A stretch of 64,000 nucleotides of DNA from an uncultured Gemmatimonadales bacterium (GTDB lineage: Bacteria; Gemmatimonadota; Gemmatimonadetes; Gemmatimonadales; GWC2-71-9): contig CAWGED010000005.1 in NCBI GenBank assembly GCA_963821525.1, positions 384,001 to 448,000 of the forward strand, read 5' to 3'. Made by a program: the position numbers and the translations under genes. The notes under the pieces are model-generated. The model had not been told where the DNA came from. It saw only the letters and a list, made by a program, of their open reading frames with translations, and ran no database searches. Below, piece by piece: positions 1 to 11,071 of the stretch. Position 1 is the stretch's first letter; each line of letters starts with the position of its first letter.

Positions 1-1368
1 GGGCCTGCCGCAGCTCGGCCCAATCCGCACCACCGTGCTCCGCGAACCAGGGCGCCGTGGCCTCGACGTAATGGCTGTAGCTCGTTTCCCAGTCGACGGC
101 CGGGAACTGACGCTGATGCGCCAGAGCCGGATCCAGCGCCCAGAGCGCGCCGGTGATTCGCAGCGAGGCCTGGGTCACCGGTTCCGAGAGATCTCCTCCC
201 GGTGGAGAAATCGCGCTGATCAGGGTCAAGGCACCCGAGCGTTCGGGGACGCCGAGTGCCCGGACATAACCGGCCCGTTCGTAGAATTGCCCCAGGCGAT
301 TCGCGAGGTACGTCGGGTAGCCTTCCTCGCCGGGCATCTCCTCCAGTCGCGCACTGATTTCCCGCAACGCCTCCGCCCAGCGCGATAGGCTGTCCGCCAT
401 CAGGGCCACCCGAAAGCCCATGTCCCGGTAATACTCCGCGATGGTGATGCCGAGATAGATCGATGCCTCCCGCGCCGCGACCGGCATGTTCGAGGTATTC
501 ACTACCATGACGGTGCGATCCATGATGGAGCGCCCGGTCTGAGGATCGATGAGTTGGGGGAATTCGTGCAGGACCTCGGACATCTCATTGCCCCGCTCGC
601 CGCATCCGATGTACACGACGATGTCCGCCTGGGCGTAACGGGCCAGGCTCTGCTCGATAACGGTCTTCCCGGTGCCAAAGCCACCCGGCACCGCGACCGT
701 GCCGCCTTCGGCCACGGGATAGAGCAGGTCGAAGATCCGCTGGCCGGTGATCATGGGCCGCTGATCCGGCAACCGTTCCCTGACCGGTCGTGGAATGCGC
801 ACCGGCCAGCGGTGGGCGAGGTGCAGTAGGGTTCCATCCTCCAATCGGCCCAGCGGCTCCGACAGCATGACCGGGCCACTCCGCAGTTCCTTCAAGGTGC
901 CCTGCACGCCGGGTGGCACCAAGCACCCGATGGATGAGACCGGGTCGCTCCTCGATCTCACCCAGTACATCGCCTGAGGCTACTGCGGCTCCCGGGAGGA
1001 GCCGGGCCACGAAATTCCAGCTCCGGCTTGGGATCGAGAGTGGGACAGTCGATGCCCGGCGCGATGAAATCGCCGCTCAAGCCCGCCACAGTCCCGAGCG
1101 GCCGCCCCAGCCCATCGAGGACCGATCCCAGCAGTCCGGGTCCCAGGGTGATCGAGAGCGAGGTGCCGGTGAGAGTAACCGGCTCGCCGATCCGGAGCCC
1201 GGCCGTCTCTTCATAGACCTGTAGTGTCGCCGTGTCGTGTGAGAGGCGGATGACCTCCCCCAGTAGGCCGCGCTCACCGACCCGCGCGAGCTCATAGAGT
1301 CCGGCTGAACCCGCCGGGGAAACCTCGACCAGCGTGCCGGTGATCCGGCGAATCCGCGGGGTGTTCAC
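1..1368 (-). CDS. atpA: V/A-type ATP synthase subunit A (5' part, runs off window; frameshifted)
   Basis: N-terminus '[45 protein letters not shown]'; P-loop region near 660-700 (PGG-FG-GKT); 'GCGERGNE' and '[11 protein letters not shown]' read across frameshifts. Confidence 0.93.
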
Positions 1369-1694
1369 CGGAGCCTCACCCGGTAGCCGATCGCACGGCG
1401 CAGCAACTCCACGATGTACTGGTCGGATTCGACGCCGGCCGTCACCCAGGAGGGACCGGGAAAGGGCACAACCATCGGCAGCGGCCGTCGCGCCAGGTCG
1501 CGCCGGGTATCCTCGTTGAGCGACTGATGGATGCTGTCCTCCACGAGAACCAGTCCGACTTCCGGTCGCTCCGCCAATCGGGAGAGCAGAGCTGCGCCTT
1601 CCGCCGGACTTTCCACCTCCACCGGCCGCAAACCGGCGAGCATGAAGCCGGCTGCCACTTCGGGACGACAGAGCACCACCACGTTGTGTGTCAT
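1365..1694 (-). CDS. atpF: V/A-type ATP synthase subunit F
   Basis: 'VAAGFMLAG...EVGLVLVE...PMVVPFP...LLRRAIGY' subunit F pattern; position between C and A. Confidence 0.88.
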   Translation of the reverse strand: MTHNVVVLCRPEVAAGFMLAGLRPVEVESPAEGAALLSRLAERPEVGLVLVEDSIHQSLNEDTRRDLARRPLPMVVPFPGPSWVTAGVESDQYIVELLRRAIGYRVRLR

Positions 1695-2703
1695 GCCACC
1701 TTCTCTCCGCTCCGGTCCGGGATCGGCGCTCCCATAGCACGACCCCAGATCAATCGCTGGAGCTGGACTAACTCGGCTCGAACCGAGAGGACGTACTGGA
1801 GAGTTGGCATCGGTCCCAGAGGGTCCAGGCGCGCGAGTCGGTGCGCCTCGCTCCGGCGCCACGAGAAAACGGCGCGGTCGAGCGCGGCAAGATCAGGGCC
1901 CTCGCGTTGGAGGATCGCGGCGAGCGGAGTGGGAGCGAGCACTTTGATCAAATACTCGATCCGGTCCTGCGGATTTGGCCGCCCGGTACTGGAGATGAAG
2001 TGCGCTCGACTCAGCGCCCGCCCACCCGGGATCCAGCAGTCCGTCGGGCGAAGCTCGCTCGAGTCGGTGAGTAACAGCGCCGAGCGCACGTTCTCGAGGT
2101 CGATCATCAGCTGGAGATCGGGCAGCAGTCGCGGCTCCGTGCGGGAGACCTGAGCGGTAGCTCGCTCGGCGAAGGCGCGCGCCAATCCCAGGTCGAGAGC
2201 CAGGAGATCGGGTCGTTCCTGTCCCACTACATCGCGGAACGGTGCCGCCAGTCCGTGACCCCAGATCGCGAGGGTGGTGCCGATGGCCCCGGGCGTGGAG
2301 AGTCGGGCCAGCTCTTCGAGCATTCGCGAGGGAAGGGCTCGGCGTGGGCAGCAGTCCCCGAAGGCGGGCCTCGGGAGCAGCGCCTTCTACCGCGCCGCGC
2401 GCCAGGGCTCGAAGACTGCGGCGATCTTCTGCCTCGTATACGACGGCCAGGGCGGCTACGCGGGGGCCTCCACACCAGCGGGCGAGCAGGGCAAGTCGGT
2501 TCCCCTCTACTCGACGTACTGCCGCTTCCAATTTCGCGGGAGTTGACGGGTCCGGATCCTGCTGGCACCCGAATACCTTTGGCCTCGAGTGCCGTTGCCA
2601 GTGCGGGAAGGTCGATGGCAGCGGCAAGCGCGGCCAACTCCACCGGCCCGAGCAAGTGCAGGCCGAGGCCCCGAACCCGTGCGTTCACATCGTCCCAATT
2701 CAT
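1691..2703 (-). CDS. atpC: V/A-type ATP synthase subunit C (d); split over three frames
   Basis: 'WDDVNARVRG' N-terminus, 'IDLENVRSAL', 'LARLDPLGPMPTLQYVL..RAELVQLQRLIWG' C-terminus; operon context. Confidence 0.82.
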
Positions 2704-3291
2704 GGGCTCTCCGGTCGCTCGAGCCAGGCGAGCAGCTTCATGCTCAGCTCGGGCCAGCTCTGCCTGAGCCGGGTGGCGAGGGTTGCATCGATGACCACCG
2801 AACCGTCCACCGTCGTGACCGTCATACCGCTGGTGATCGCAGGATCGGCCTGGACGGTAATGCCGGAACGCCCGTCCAGCGCGTCGCGCGCCCAGCCCAC
2901 GAGATCTGGCGGAGCGTGCACCACGGCCGGGAATCCCATTCACGTAGGTGAGGGCGCGATCCAGGTCGCGGCCCAGCCCGGAACGGTTCGCGGGATCCAG
3001 GGTTGCCGCAGGGAGTTTCGCTTCGACCGTGGCCAGCACCTGATCGAGCAACGTCTGGCGGCGACGGAGCATCTCGGCGCGGAGCCGGCGCCGCTCGACG
3101 AGCAGCACCCGCTCGATCTCCTCGCGGAGCCGTTTTTCCTGCGCCCGAAGTGTGCCGGCTCGCAAGGCATCGGCCTTGGCCCGGGCCGCGCTGCGCAGCC
3201 GGGTCGCCTCCGCTTCAGCGGCCTCCATGCGCTGCTCGGCGGTGCGAGCCGCATCGCGTTCCAGCGCGGCGAGGAGGTGGTCAAGCGCCAT
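2700..3291 (-). CDS. atpE: V/A-type ATP synthase subunit E (frameshifted near 2940)
   Basis: N-terminal coiled coil 'MALDHLLAALERDA..' and C-terminal 'ITSGMTVTTVDGSVVIDATLATRL' typical of subunit E. Confidence 0.82.
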
Positions 3292-3297
3292 GAGGGC

Positions 3298-3518
3298 TCA
3301 GAGCCCGCCGCGGAGGATGATCAACACCGCCACCACAAAGCCCAGGATCGTCATCGTCTCGGGAATGGCGAGGAGGATGATGGCGGTCGTGCTCAGCTCC
3401 GGCTTTTCCGCAAGGCTGGCCGCCGCTGCGGGCCCGATCCGCGATTGCGCCCACGCAGTGGCCAAGCCGGAATACCCACCGCGATGGCGGCGCTCAAGGT
3501 GACCAGGACCGGGTTCAT
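3298..3518 (-). CDS. atpK: V/A-type ATP synthase proteolipid subunit K/c (single hairpin; 1-nt frameshift near 3465)
   Basis: Manual translation MNPVLVTLSAAIAVGIP-LATAWAQSRIGPAAAASLAEKPELSTTAIILLAIPETMTILGFVVAVLII; conserved PET glutamate. Confidence 0.88.
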
Positions 3519-3521
3519 GAT

Positions 3522-5427
3522 TCAGCTCCTTTCTAGAGCCGGATGATCGGCCGGAGGACGCCAGTGGCCGAGGGGTTGGTAACGGACACCGCCGGGACTG
3601 TAGAAGCGCCCGAAAAACTCCACATAGTGCAACCGCAGGGCGTGAATGGTCGGGCTGAACAGACCCAGCGCGAAGTTCACGAGATGGAAGAGCAGTGCGA
3701 AGACCACGCCGACGGCGACGCTCCCGAGAGCGCCAGACATCTGGTTCGCCACGATGGCGAGCATTACCGACGCCGTCCCCAGTGCCATGATGCGGGCGTA
3801 GGAGAGAATGTTCCCCAGGGTCGAGACGAGTTCGACGGGTGCCACCAGTCCCTCGACCACGACCAGGATCGGAAATGCGATGACTAGAGCGGTGACTGTT
3901 GGGGTGAGGAGCTGGTGCGGGAGCACTTCGGTCACCGCCAGAAGCGAGATCACGATGAGGGAGATCATCACCGCCGAAAGGCCCTTCCCGATGGCCTGGC
4001 GCTTGTGCCCCTTGAATGCCCCGGCCACGCCAAGACAGAGACCGAGCAGGATGTGCACCACGCCCAGTGCCAGGACCAGGGCGAGGAATGGCACGATCGC
4101 CTCCGCCCGGTCGAACAGCAGAGGCCGCAGCCCGAACCAGCGACGGCCCAGGTCTCCGAAGAACTCGCCGAAGGCCAGGCCGAAGATGACGGTGAAGGCA
4201 GCACAGGCTCCGGCGATCTCCGACACGGCGCGCCGAGTGGTTCCTGGGCTCGAGCGATGCCTCAGGATCAGGCTCAGCGCTGCCAGCATGAGTCCGTATC
4301 CCAGGTCGCCGAGCATGAGGCCGAAGAACATGGGAAAGAAGACCGCCAGATAGGGAGTGGGGTCTATGGTCCCATACCGGGGCAGTGGCAATAGCTGGAT
4401 CAGTAGCTCGAACGGTCGAAACAGCCGGGGATTCCGGAGTACGACTGGTGCCGCCTCAGCGGCCCAGTCGGCGGCCTCGACCCGCTCTACGGCGATCAGG
4501 TCGCCGACCTCGCGAGCGAGCCGATCCTCAACTCGCGGCACCGCTGCAAGGGGGACCCAGCCCTCGAGCACGAAGGCTCGTTCGGTCACCGCCGACAGCG
4601 GGATCGCTTCCAGCCGCTGAGAGAGATCGTGGAAGACCGCCTGTGCCTTGAGTAATTCCGGGCTCGCCGCCCGAAGCAGCCGGCTGCGTTCCGCCGTGAG
4701 TGCAGCGACCTCGCCGGGATCGCCTCCAGACGCTCCAGCATCTGCGGCATCGCCTCGGTCAGGGTGGCTCCCTGGTAGCGGCTGGGAACCGGGATATCCT
4801 GAACCCTGCTCTCGGCCAGAAGACGGTCGACTCGCTCGGCGCTTTCAGCCGGGACCAGGATCAGCATTGCGCTCTCGCCACTGGGTAGGCGATGGGTGCG
4901 CAGCTCGAACTCGGTTCCGATCACCTTGGTGAGATGTTCGCGCAGCCGTCCGATGACCTCCTCCTGCCCTGCCTGGAGCAGCACGTGATAGGCGCGGCAC
5001 AGTTCCCAGCGCGCGGCCGGGGATGGCAAGATCCTGGAAGGTGGCGAACAAGCCACGATACTTGACGATGAGCGCCCGCTCTTCTTCCCCAGCCGCGATC
5101 CTCGCATCCAGCCGTTCGGCCTCCCGCCGGGTTCTCCGGGCCAGTCGGCACCAACGAGCGATCTGCCCGTTGCTGACGACTCTGGGACGCGGCCGTCGGG
5201 CGTTGCGGCTTTCCCAGCTTGGTCTGCAGCACCTCGATGTCATCCAGGCCGCGGCGAAGGTAACGGCGTAACCGCAGTTGCTTCGGAGTGGAGCCCACCG
5301 GAGCCAGGTGGGCGTCCGGTGTTACGGGGGCAACATGGAGCAGGCCCGTGTCTTGAACCACGTTCAGGACATCGGGCAGGAGCTGCCTCGGGCCCATGAT
5401 GCGAAGCTTCGCCATGGCCAGGATCAT
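3522..5427 (-). CDS. atpI: V/A-type ATP synthase subunit I (a); frameshifted
   Basis: 'LEGWVP', 'LPRYGTIDPT..FFGLMLGDLGYG', 'NILSYARIMALG', 'HALRLHYVEFFGRFY'. Confidence 0.92.
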
Positions 5428-5775
5428 CGTGGCGCCTCGCGGTAAGCGAGCAGCTCGAGCACGAGGCGGTCGGCCAAGGCGTTGAGCTCCTCCGGCCCCA
5501 TCGTCCAATCCCTCCTGTCGGCTGCGGCCGCCAGGCGACGCAATGCGGCATCCCGCTCGTGGCGAGACCGCCTCCAGACGATCGACCTCGGCTTCCGCCT
5601 CCTGGGCGGCTTTCGCCTCGATATCGGCGGCGTCGGCTTTGGCCTTCTCAATCACCGACGCCGCGCGCACCGCGACGTCGCGCAGCATAGTGGTGAGCCG
5701 CGCCTCGGCTGAAATCAGCCGCTCCAGTTCCTTCGCCGGCGCCGGGGTTGCCTTCCCCGATTTGAACCCGAACAT
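5424..5775 (-). CDS. V/A-type ATP synthase subunit H/G-like peripheral stalk (frameshifted)
   Basis: Ala/Glu/Lys-rich helical protein as first gene of the operon, overlapping the atpI start. Confidence 0.65.
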
Positions 5776-6019
5776 CGTGACCCTCCGTCACATGAGCCCC
5801 ATCCTGGAATCCCCGAGCTGCGGGCCGTTCCTCGGGGAGACCGCATGGAAAGGTCGCTTCCCCTTCCCCAACGAATCATTAACTCCGGGTTAAGACTCCC
5901 TTCATATGTCTATTGTGATACTTGCAATGGTTCGGCGAATTCCGTAGATCTGGGGCGCCACGCTATACCGATTTCCACCGACTGCTGTTCGCACCCACCT
6001 CGGGGTCGGAGGATTCTCC

Positions 6020-7168
6020 ATGCACGGACCACTCGCCCATCCATGGACCGAGGGAGATACCCTCGCCCAGCACTTGGAGCGCACCGGCATAACCCGCCGG
6101 GAATTCCTGGCTTTCTGCCGCGATCTCTCCATCGTGCTCGGGCTGGGCACCGTTGCGGGCAAGCAGGTGGCGGCCGCGCTGCAACAAGTGAAACGCCCCA
6201 GCGTGATCTGGCTGCAGCTCCAGGAATGCACCGGCTGCGTAGAAAGTGTGCTTCGGACAGCCGAGCCGACGATAGGAAACCTGCTCCTCGATCTGGTCTC
6301 GCTGGACTACAGTCATACCCTCATGGCCGCGGCGGGGCATGCGGTGGAATCCGCGAAGGAAGCGGCCATGAAGGCCAACTTTGGGCAATATCTCCTCGTC
6401 GTAACCGGCTCGATCCCTACCAAAGACGGGGGCATCTACACCGTGGTGGGCGGCCGAACCTGCCAGGATATCCTCGAAGAAGCCGCAAAGGGCGCGGCCG
6501 CCATCCTCGCTGTCGGGGCATGTGCCCACTGGGGCAGTGTCCAGGCGGCGCGGCCCAATCCGACCGGGGCAGTCGGCGTTCGGGACATTATCAAGAACAA
6601 GCCCGTGATCAACATCGCCGGGTGCCCGCCGATCGGTGACGTAGTGACCGCGACGGTAGTCCATTTCCTGACTTTCAATCGTCTGCCCGACATGGATGCG
6701 GAGGGCCGGCCGCTCTTCGCCTATGGGGCGCGGATTCATGATCAGTGCCCCCGCCGGGCCAACTTCGATGCCGGCCAGTTCGTCGAAGTGTTCGATGATG
6801 ACGCCGCGCGCCGGGGGTGGTGCCTCTACAAGGTCGGGTGCAAGGGACCCGCGACCTTCTCCCCCTGTCCGATCTTTCAGTGGAACACCCGCACCAGCTG
6901 GCCGATCGGCGCCGGCCATCCGTGCATCGGGTGCACCGAGCCCCATTTCTGGGACACGATGAGCCCGTTCTACGAGCGGCTGCCCGATGTGGGAGGATTC
7001 GGGGTGGAACAGCGGGTGGATCTCCTGGGAGCGGCCCTCGCGCTAGGAGCTACTGCGGGTGTCGTGGCGCATGCCGCCGCCACCGGCATCCATCAGGCGC
7101 GGGAGCGGAAACGCCAACTGCCAGTGGTTGAACCACCGCCCGGCGGATCCCCACCTTCGAACGCCTGA
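6020..7168 (+). CDS. [NiFe]-hydrogenase small subunit, Tat-exported, C-terminal membrane anchor
   Basis: 'TRREFLAFC' Tat motif; 'ECTGCVES', 'GACAHWG', 'GCPP', 'HDQCPRR', 'CLYKVGCKGP', 'GHPCIGC'. Confidence 0.96.
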   Translation: MHGPLAHPWTEGDTLAQHLERTGITRREFLAFCRDLSIVLGLGTVAGKQVAAALQQVKRPSVIWLQLQECTGCVESVLRTAEPTIGNLLLDLVSLDYSHTLMAAAGHAVESAKEAAMKANFGQYLLVVTGSIPTKDGGIYTVVGGRTCQDILEEAAKGAAAILAVGACAHWGSVQAARPNPTGAVGVRDIIKNKPVINIAGCPPIGDVVTATVVHFLTFNRLPDMDAEGRPLFAYGARIHDQCPRRANFDAGQFVEVFDDDAARRGWCLYKVGCKGPATFSPCPIFQWNTRTSWPIGAGHPCIGCTEPHFWDTMSPFYERLPDVGGFGVEQRVDLLGAALALGATAGVVAHAAATGIHQARERKRQLPVVEPPPGGSPPSNA

Positions 7169-7181
7169 CCGGAGGCCTCCC

Positions 7182-8897
7182 ATGGCCGTGACCAAAGTCG
7201 TCGTGGATCCCATTACCCGGATCGAAGGCCACCTGCGCATCGAGGTGGAGGCCGATAATGGCCGGATCGCCAAGTCCTGGGCCTCCTCGACGCAATTCCG
7301 GGGAATCGAGCTGGTCATGGAAGGCCGCGATCCCCGAGATGCCTGGGCCTTCACCCAGCGCATCTGCGGCGTCTGCACCGTGGTACACGCGGTGGCCTCG
7401 TGCCGCGCGGTCGAGGATGCTCTCGGAATCAAGATTCCTGCCAATGCCAATCTGATCCGGAATCTGATTCACGGGATGCAGTTCATCCACGACCATGTGA
7501 TCCACTTCTACCACCTGCACGCGCTCGACTGGGTGGACGTGGTAAGCGCGCTCAAGGCAAACCCCGATGGCACCGCCGGGATCGCGAAGAAGATCTCTCC
7601 CTGGCCCAACAATTCCGCGACCTATTTCGCCGAGATCCAGGAACGCCTCAAGAAGTTCGTCGGGAGCGGGCAACTGGGGATCTTCGCCAACGGCTATTGG
7701 GGGCATCCCGCCTACAAACTTCCTCCCGAGGTGAACCTGCTCGCCGTAGCGCACTATCTGGAGGCGCTCGACTGGCAGCGGGACGTGGTCCGGTTGCACA
7801 CCATCTTCGGCGGCAAGAATCCCCATCCCAACTTCCTGGTGGGAGGGATGGCATCGGCCATCAACCTCAACGACACCGCGACCATCAATGCCGAGCGACT
7901 GACCGACATCCGGGACATGATCACCCGGGCCCGCCGCTTCGTGGAGCAGGTCTACTGGCCGGATCTGGTCGCCATTGCGGGCTTCTATAAGGATTGGGCT
8001 GCCATCGGCGGCGGCGTGCCCCATTTCATGAGCTATGGCGAATTCCCCGAGGCCGACATCGGTGACCTCGACAAACTCTACTTCCCGCGCGGCATCGTCC
8101 TCGATATGGACCTCTCCCGGGTCCATCCCTTCGAGCCGGAGCGGGTTCAGGAATTCATCAACAGCTCGTGGTACGAATACCCCGGCGGCGACGAGCAGGG
8201 CCTGCACCCGTACGATGGAGAGACCAAGGCCAAATACACCGGCCCGAAACCGCCATGGGAATACCTGCAGGGGCTGCCGAAGTATTCCTGGATGAAATCA
8301 CCCCGGTATGACGGCCGGCCGATGCAGGTGGGACCTCTGGCCCGAGCGCTGGTGGGCTACGCCTCGGGCCATCAAGAGATACGGGAGATGGTCAAGCAGG
8401 TGCTGGATACCCTCCAGGTCGGTCCTGCCGCCCTCTTCTCGACCCTCGGGAGGACGGCGGCGCGGGGAATGGAGACCGTGCTCCTGGCTCGACAGATGGA
8501 TCGCTGGTACGCGGCACTGGTGGACCGGATCAAGAGCGGCGACACCCAGACTTTCTCCCGGGAAAAATGGGAACCGTCCACCTGGCCGGCGGAATCGAAA
8601 GGATTCGGTTGGCTGGATGCCCCCCGAGGGGCGCTGGGGCACTGGGTCCGGATCAAGGACGGGAAGATTTCCAAGTATCAGTGTGTTGTTCCCAGCACCT
8701 GGAACTGCTCACCGCGCGATGGGAAGGGACAGTTGGGACCCTATGAGGCGTCGCTGGTAGACAACCATCCTCTCGTCCGCCCCGACCAGCCGCTCGAGAT
8801 TCTGCGCACCATCCATTCATTCGATCCGTGTATGTCGTGCGGAGTCCACGTGCTGGATCCGCGCGGCGCCCTGCTCACCTCGGTGAAGGTGCAATGA
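7182..8897 (+). CDS. [NiFe]-hydrogenase large subunit (group 1)
   Basis: 'DPITRIEGH', L1 'QRICGVCTVVH', L2 'SFDPCMSCGVH' followed by a cleavable C-terminal extension. Confidence 0.97.
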   Translation: MAVTKVVVDPITRIEGHLRIEVEADNGRIAKSWASSTQFRGIELVMEGRDPRDAWAFTQRICGVCTVVHAVASCRAVEDALGIKIPANANLIRNLIHGMQFIHDHVIHFYHLHALDWVDVVSALKANPDGTAGIAKKISPWPNNSATYFAEIQERLKKFVGSGQLGIFANGYWGHPAYKLPPEVNLLAVAHYLEALDWQRDVVRLHTIFGGKNPHPNFLVGGMASAINLNDTATINAERLTDIRDMITRARRFVEQVYWPDLVAIAGFYKDWAAIGGGVPHFMSYGEFPEADIGDLDKLYFPRGIVLDMDLSRVHPFEPERVQEFINSSWYEYPGGDEQGLHPYDGETKAKYTGPKPPWEYLQGLPKYSWMKSPRYDGRPMQVGPLARALVGYASGHQEIREMVKQVLDTLQVGPAALFSTLGRTAARGMETVLLARQMDRWYAALVDRIKSGDTQTFSREKWEPSTWPAESKGFGWLDAPRGALGHWVRIKDGKISKYQCVVPSTWNCSPRDGKGQLGPYEASLVDNHPLVRPDQPLEILRTIHSFDPCMSCGVHVLDPRGALLTSVKVQ

Positions 8898-9671
8898 GCG
8901 AACTCCGCGACCCATCCGGCCGCGCCCACCACCGGAGGATTCGGCCTGGCCCGAAAGATCCCTCCGCGGAGCGGTCGCTATGTGTGGGTCTACCTCTGGG
9001 CCTGGCCGATCCGTGCCATGCACTGGATAGCCGCGGGCTGCATCCTGACTCTGGTCGTGACCGGACTCTTTATCGGAAGACCATACTTCGTCACGCAAGA
9101 AGGGAGTTCCGCCGCCCCCTTCCTGATGGGATGGATGCGTTTTCTGCACTTCGCGGCGGCGGCGACGCTGGTGGCAACCGGTATTGTCCGGGTCTATTGG
9201 CTGTTCGCAGGGAATAAATTCGAGCGCTTGCGGGCGCTTTTCCCGCTGCGGGGCCGCGACTGGGTGAACATGTGGAAGCAAGTCAAGTTCTACCTCATGG
9301 TGCATCCCGAAAGGGCCCCACATTATCTCGGGCACAATCCCCTCCAGCAGATCAGCTACACCGCGATCTACCTGATGACGCTAATCATGGTAGTGACCGG
9401 CTTCACCCTGTACGGCCAGTCCGATCCGAACGGCTTCTTTTACTGGGCGTTCAACTGGGTCGCCATCCTGTTGGGAGGAACGCCGGTAGTCCGGTTCGTG
9501 CACCATGTCATGACCTGGCTTTACCTGACGTTCATCCCAATCCACATCTACCTCGCGATCCGGGCGGATAATCTCGAACACACGGGGGTGATCTCGTCCA
9601 TCATCACCGGCGGCCGGTTCGTGAAAGCGGACGAGAAGTTCGTGGATACCGGTGATACCCAGGACAGCTGA
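8894..9671 (+). CDS. Ni/Fe-hydrogenase b-type cytochrome subunit (5' frameshift)
   Basis: 'PIRAMHW', 'RFLHF', 'GHNPLQ', 'RFVHH..IHIY..SSIITG' heme-ligating His pattern. Confidence 0.93.
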
Positions 9672-10168
9672 TCCGGACTCCACCCTGGTCCTCGGGCTGG
9701 GCAACCCCCTCATGGGCGATGATGGGGTAGGCCTGGCGGTACTTTCGCGCCTGCAGCAAGACTGGGAATGTGAAGGTGTCGACTTGGTGGACGGCGGAAC
9801 GTGGGGAATGAACCTCCTCCCGCTGATCGAGGATACCCGGCGTCTTCTCCTGCTGGATGCAATCCGGCTCGGCGTCGAGCCGGGGACGGTGCACCTGCTG
9901 ACCCGGGACCAGTTGCCGCGATATCTGAGTCACAAGCTCTCGCCCCATCAGATCGATCTGAAGGAGATTCTGGCCCTGGCCGAACTGCGCGGCACCTTGC
10001 CGGAGGTGGCGATGGCGCTCGGAGTCGAGCCGGCGAAGGTGGAGTTCTCCACCAACCTGAGTCCGCCGGTGGAAGCAGCGCCTCGAGGAGCTCACCGATT
10101 TGGCGCTGCGACAGCTGGGTCAGTGGGGTCATTCATGCCGCAGCAGGGCTCCTCGGGTCTATGCATGA
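9652..10168 (+). CDS. Hydrogenase maturation endopeptidase (HyaD/HybD family)
   Basis: 'VLGLGNPLMGDDGVG', 'DGGT', 'LLDAI', 'SPHQ'; 3' frameshift. Confidence 0.92.
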
Positions 10169-10418
10169 GATGAGCCTCGCCCTCGAGGTGGGACGAATGG
10201 TCGAGAAGAGGAATGGAGCGTATCCCGGGCGACTGGTCACCGTCGGAGTAGCGGTCGGTAACGACGCTGGGGTGGAGCCGGCGAGCCTCGAATTCTGCCT
10301 CGAGGCGGTGCTGGCTCACCCGCCGTTCGCGGGGGCGCGAGCGGTGCTCACCAAGGTTCCCGGCGATGCCCTGCGCCTGGACTACCTGGAGGTGGACGAT
10401 GGCCGTCCGGACAATTGA
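10161..10418 (+). CDS. hypA: HypA nickel metallochaperone, short form lacking the Zn-finger
   Basis: 'MHEMSLA' Ni motif, 'GVEPASLEFC', C-terminal 'LRLDYLEVD'; no CxxC pairs. Confidence 0.85.
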   Translation: MHEMSLALEVGRMVEKRNGAYPGRLVTVGVAVGNDAGVEPASLEFCLEAVLAHPPFAGARAVLTKVPGDALRLDYLEVDDGRPDN

Positions 10419-11071
10419 GGTTCGCGAGAAGGTGATGGCCATGAACAACGAGCTGGCCGCCGTGGTGCGCCAGCGCCTCGCCGAGGCCGGTGTCGTCGCG
10501 TTCAACCTGGTGTCTTCCCCCGGGTCGGGAAAGACGACGCTACTCGAGCGCACTCTGGATGAACTGGGAGAGGAACTCGGGATTGCGGTCGTTACTGGCG
10601 ACGTCCAGACCCAGAACGACGCCGACCGGTTGGCCCGTCGCACGACCCGATTGGTCCAGGCCGTCGTGACCGGTGGCGCCTGCCATCTGGACGCCAGGCA
10701 GGTACTCACCGCGCTGGACGCTATCGATCTCCAACGAACCCGACTGCTCTTCGTGGAGAACGTCGGCAACCTGGTTTGTCCCGCGAGCTGGGATTTGGGA
10801 GAAGAGGCGAAGATCGTCCTCTTCTCGGTCACCGAAGGCGAGGACAAGCCGCTCAAGTATCCCAAGATGTTCCGCGAGGCGCGCTACGCGGTGCTGAACA
10901 AGATGGACCTGCTGCCACACGTTCCGTTCGACCTTGATTCGGCGGTGGCCGCGGCTCGCAGCGTGAATCCGGACCTCACCTTCTTCTTCACCTCGGCGCT
11001 CCACGGCGAGGGGCTCGACGACATGGTTCGATTTCCTGCGGAGCCGGATCCGGCAAACCGCTCCGGTCTAA
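10399..11071 (+). CDS. hypB: HypB GTPase nickel chaperone (frameshift near 11020)
   Basis: 'NLVSSPGSGKTTLLE', 'GDVQT', 'CHLDA', 'ENVGNLVCPA', 'EGEDKPLKYP', 'NKMDL'. Confidence 0.95.

Noticed and set aside
2242..3546. Long antisense ORFs here and elsewhere (e.g. 17105-18892, 35759-37459, 13537-14940)
   Set aside because: Shadow ORFs opposite well-supported genes, expected in high-GC DNA
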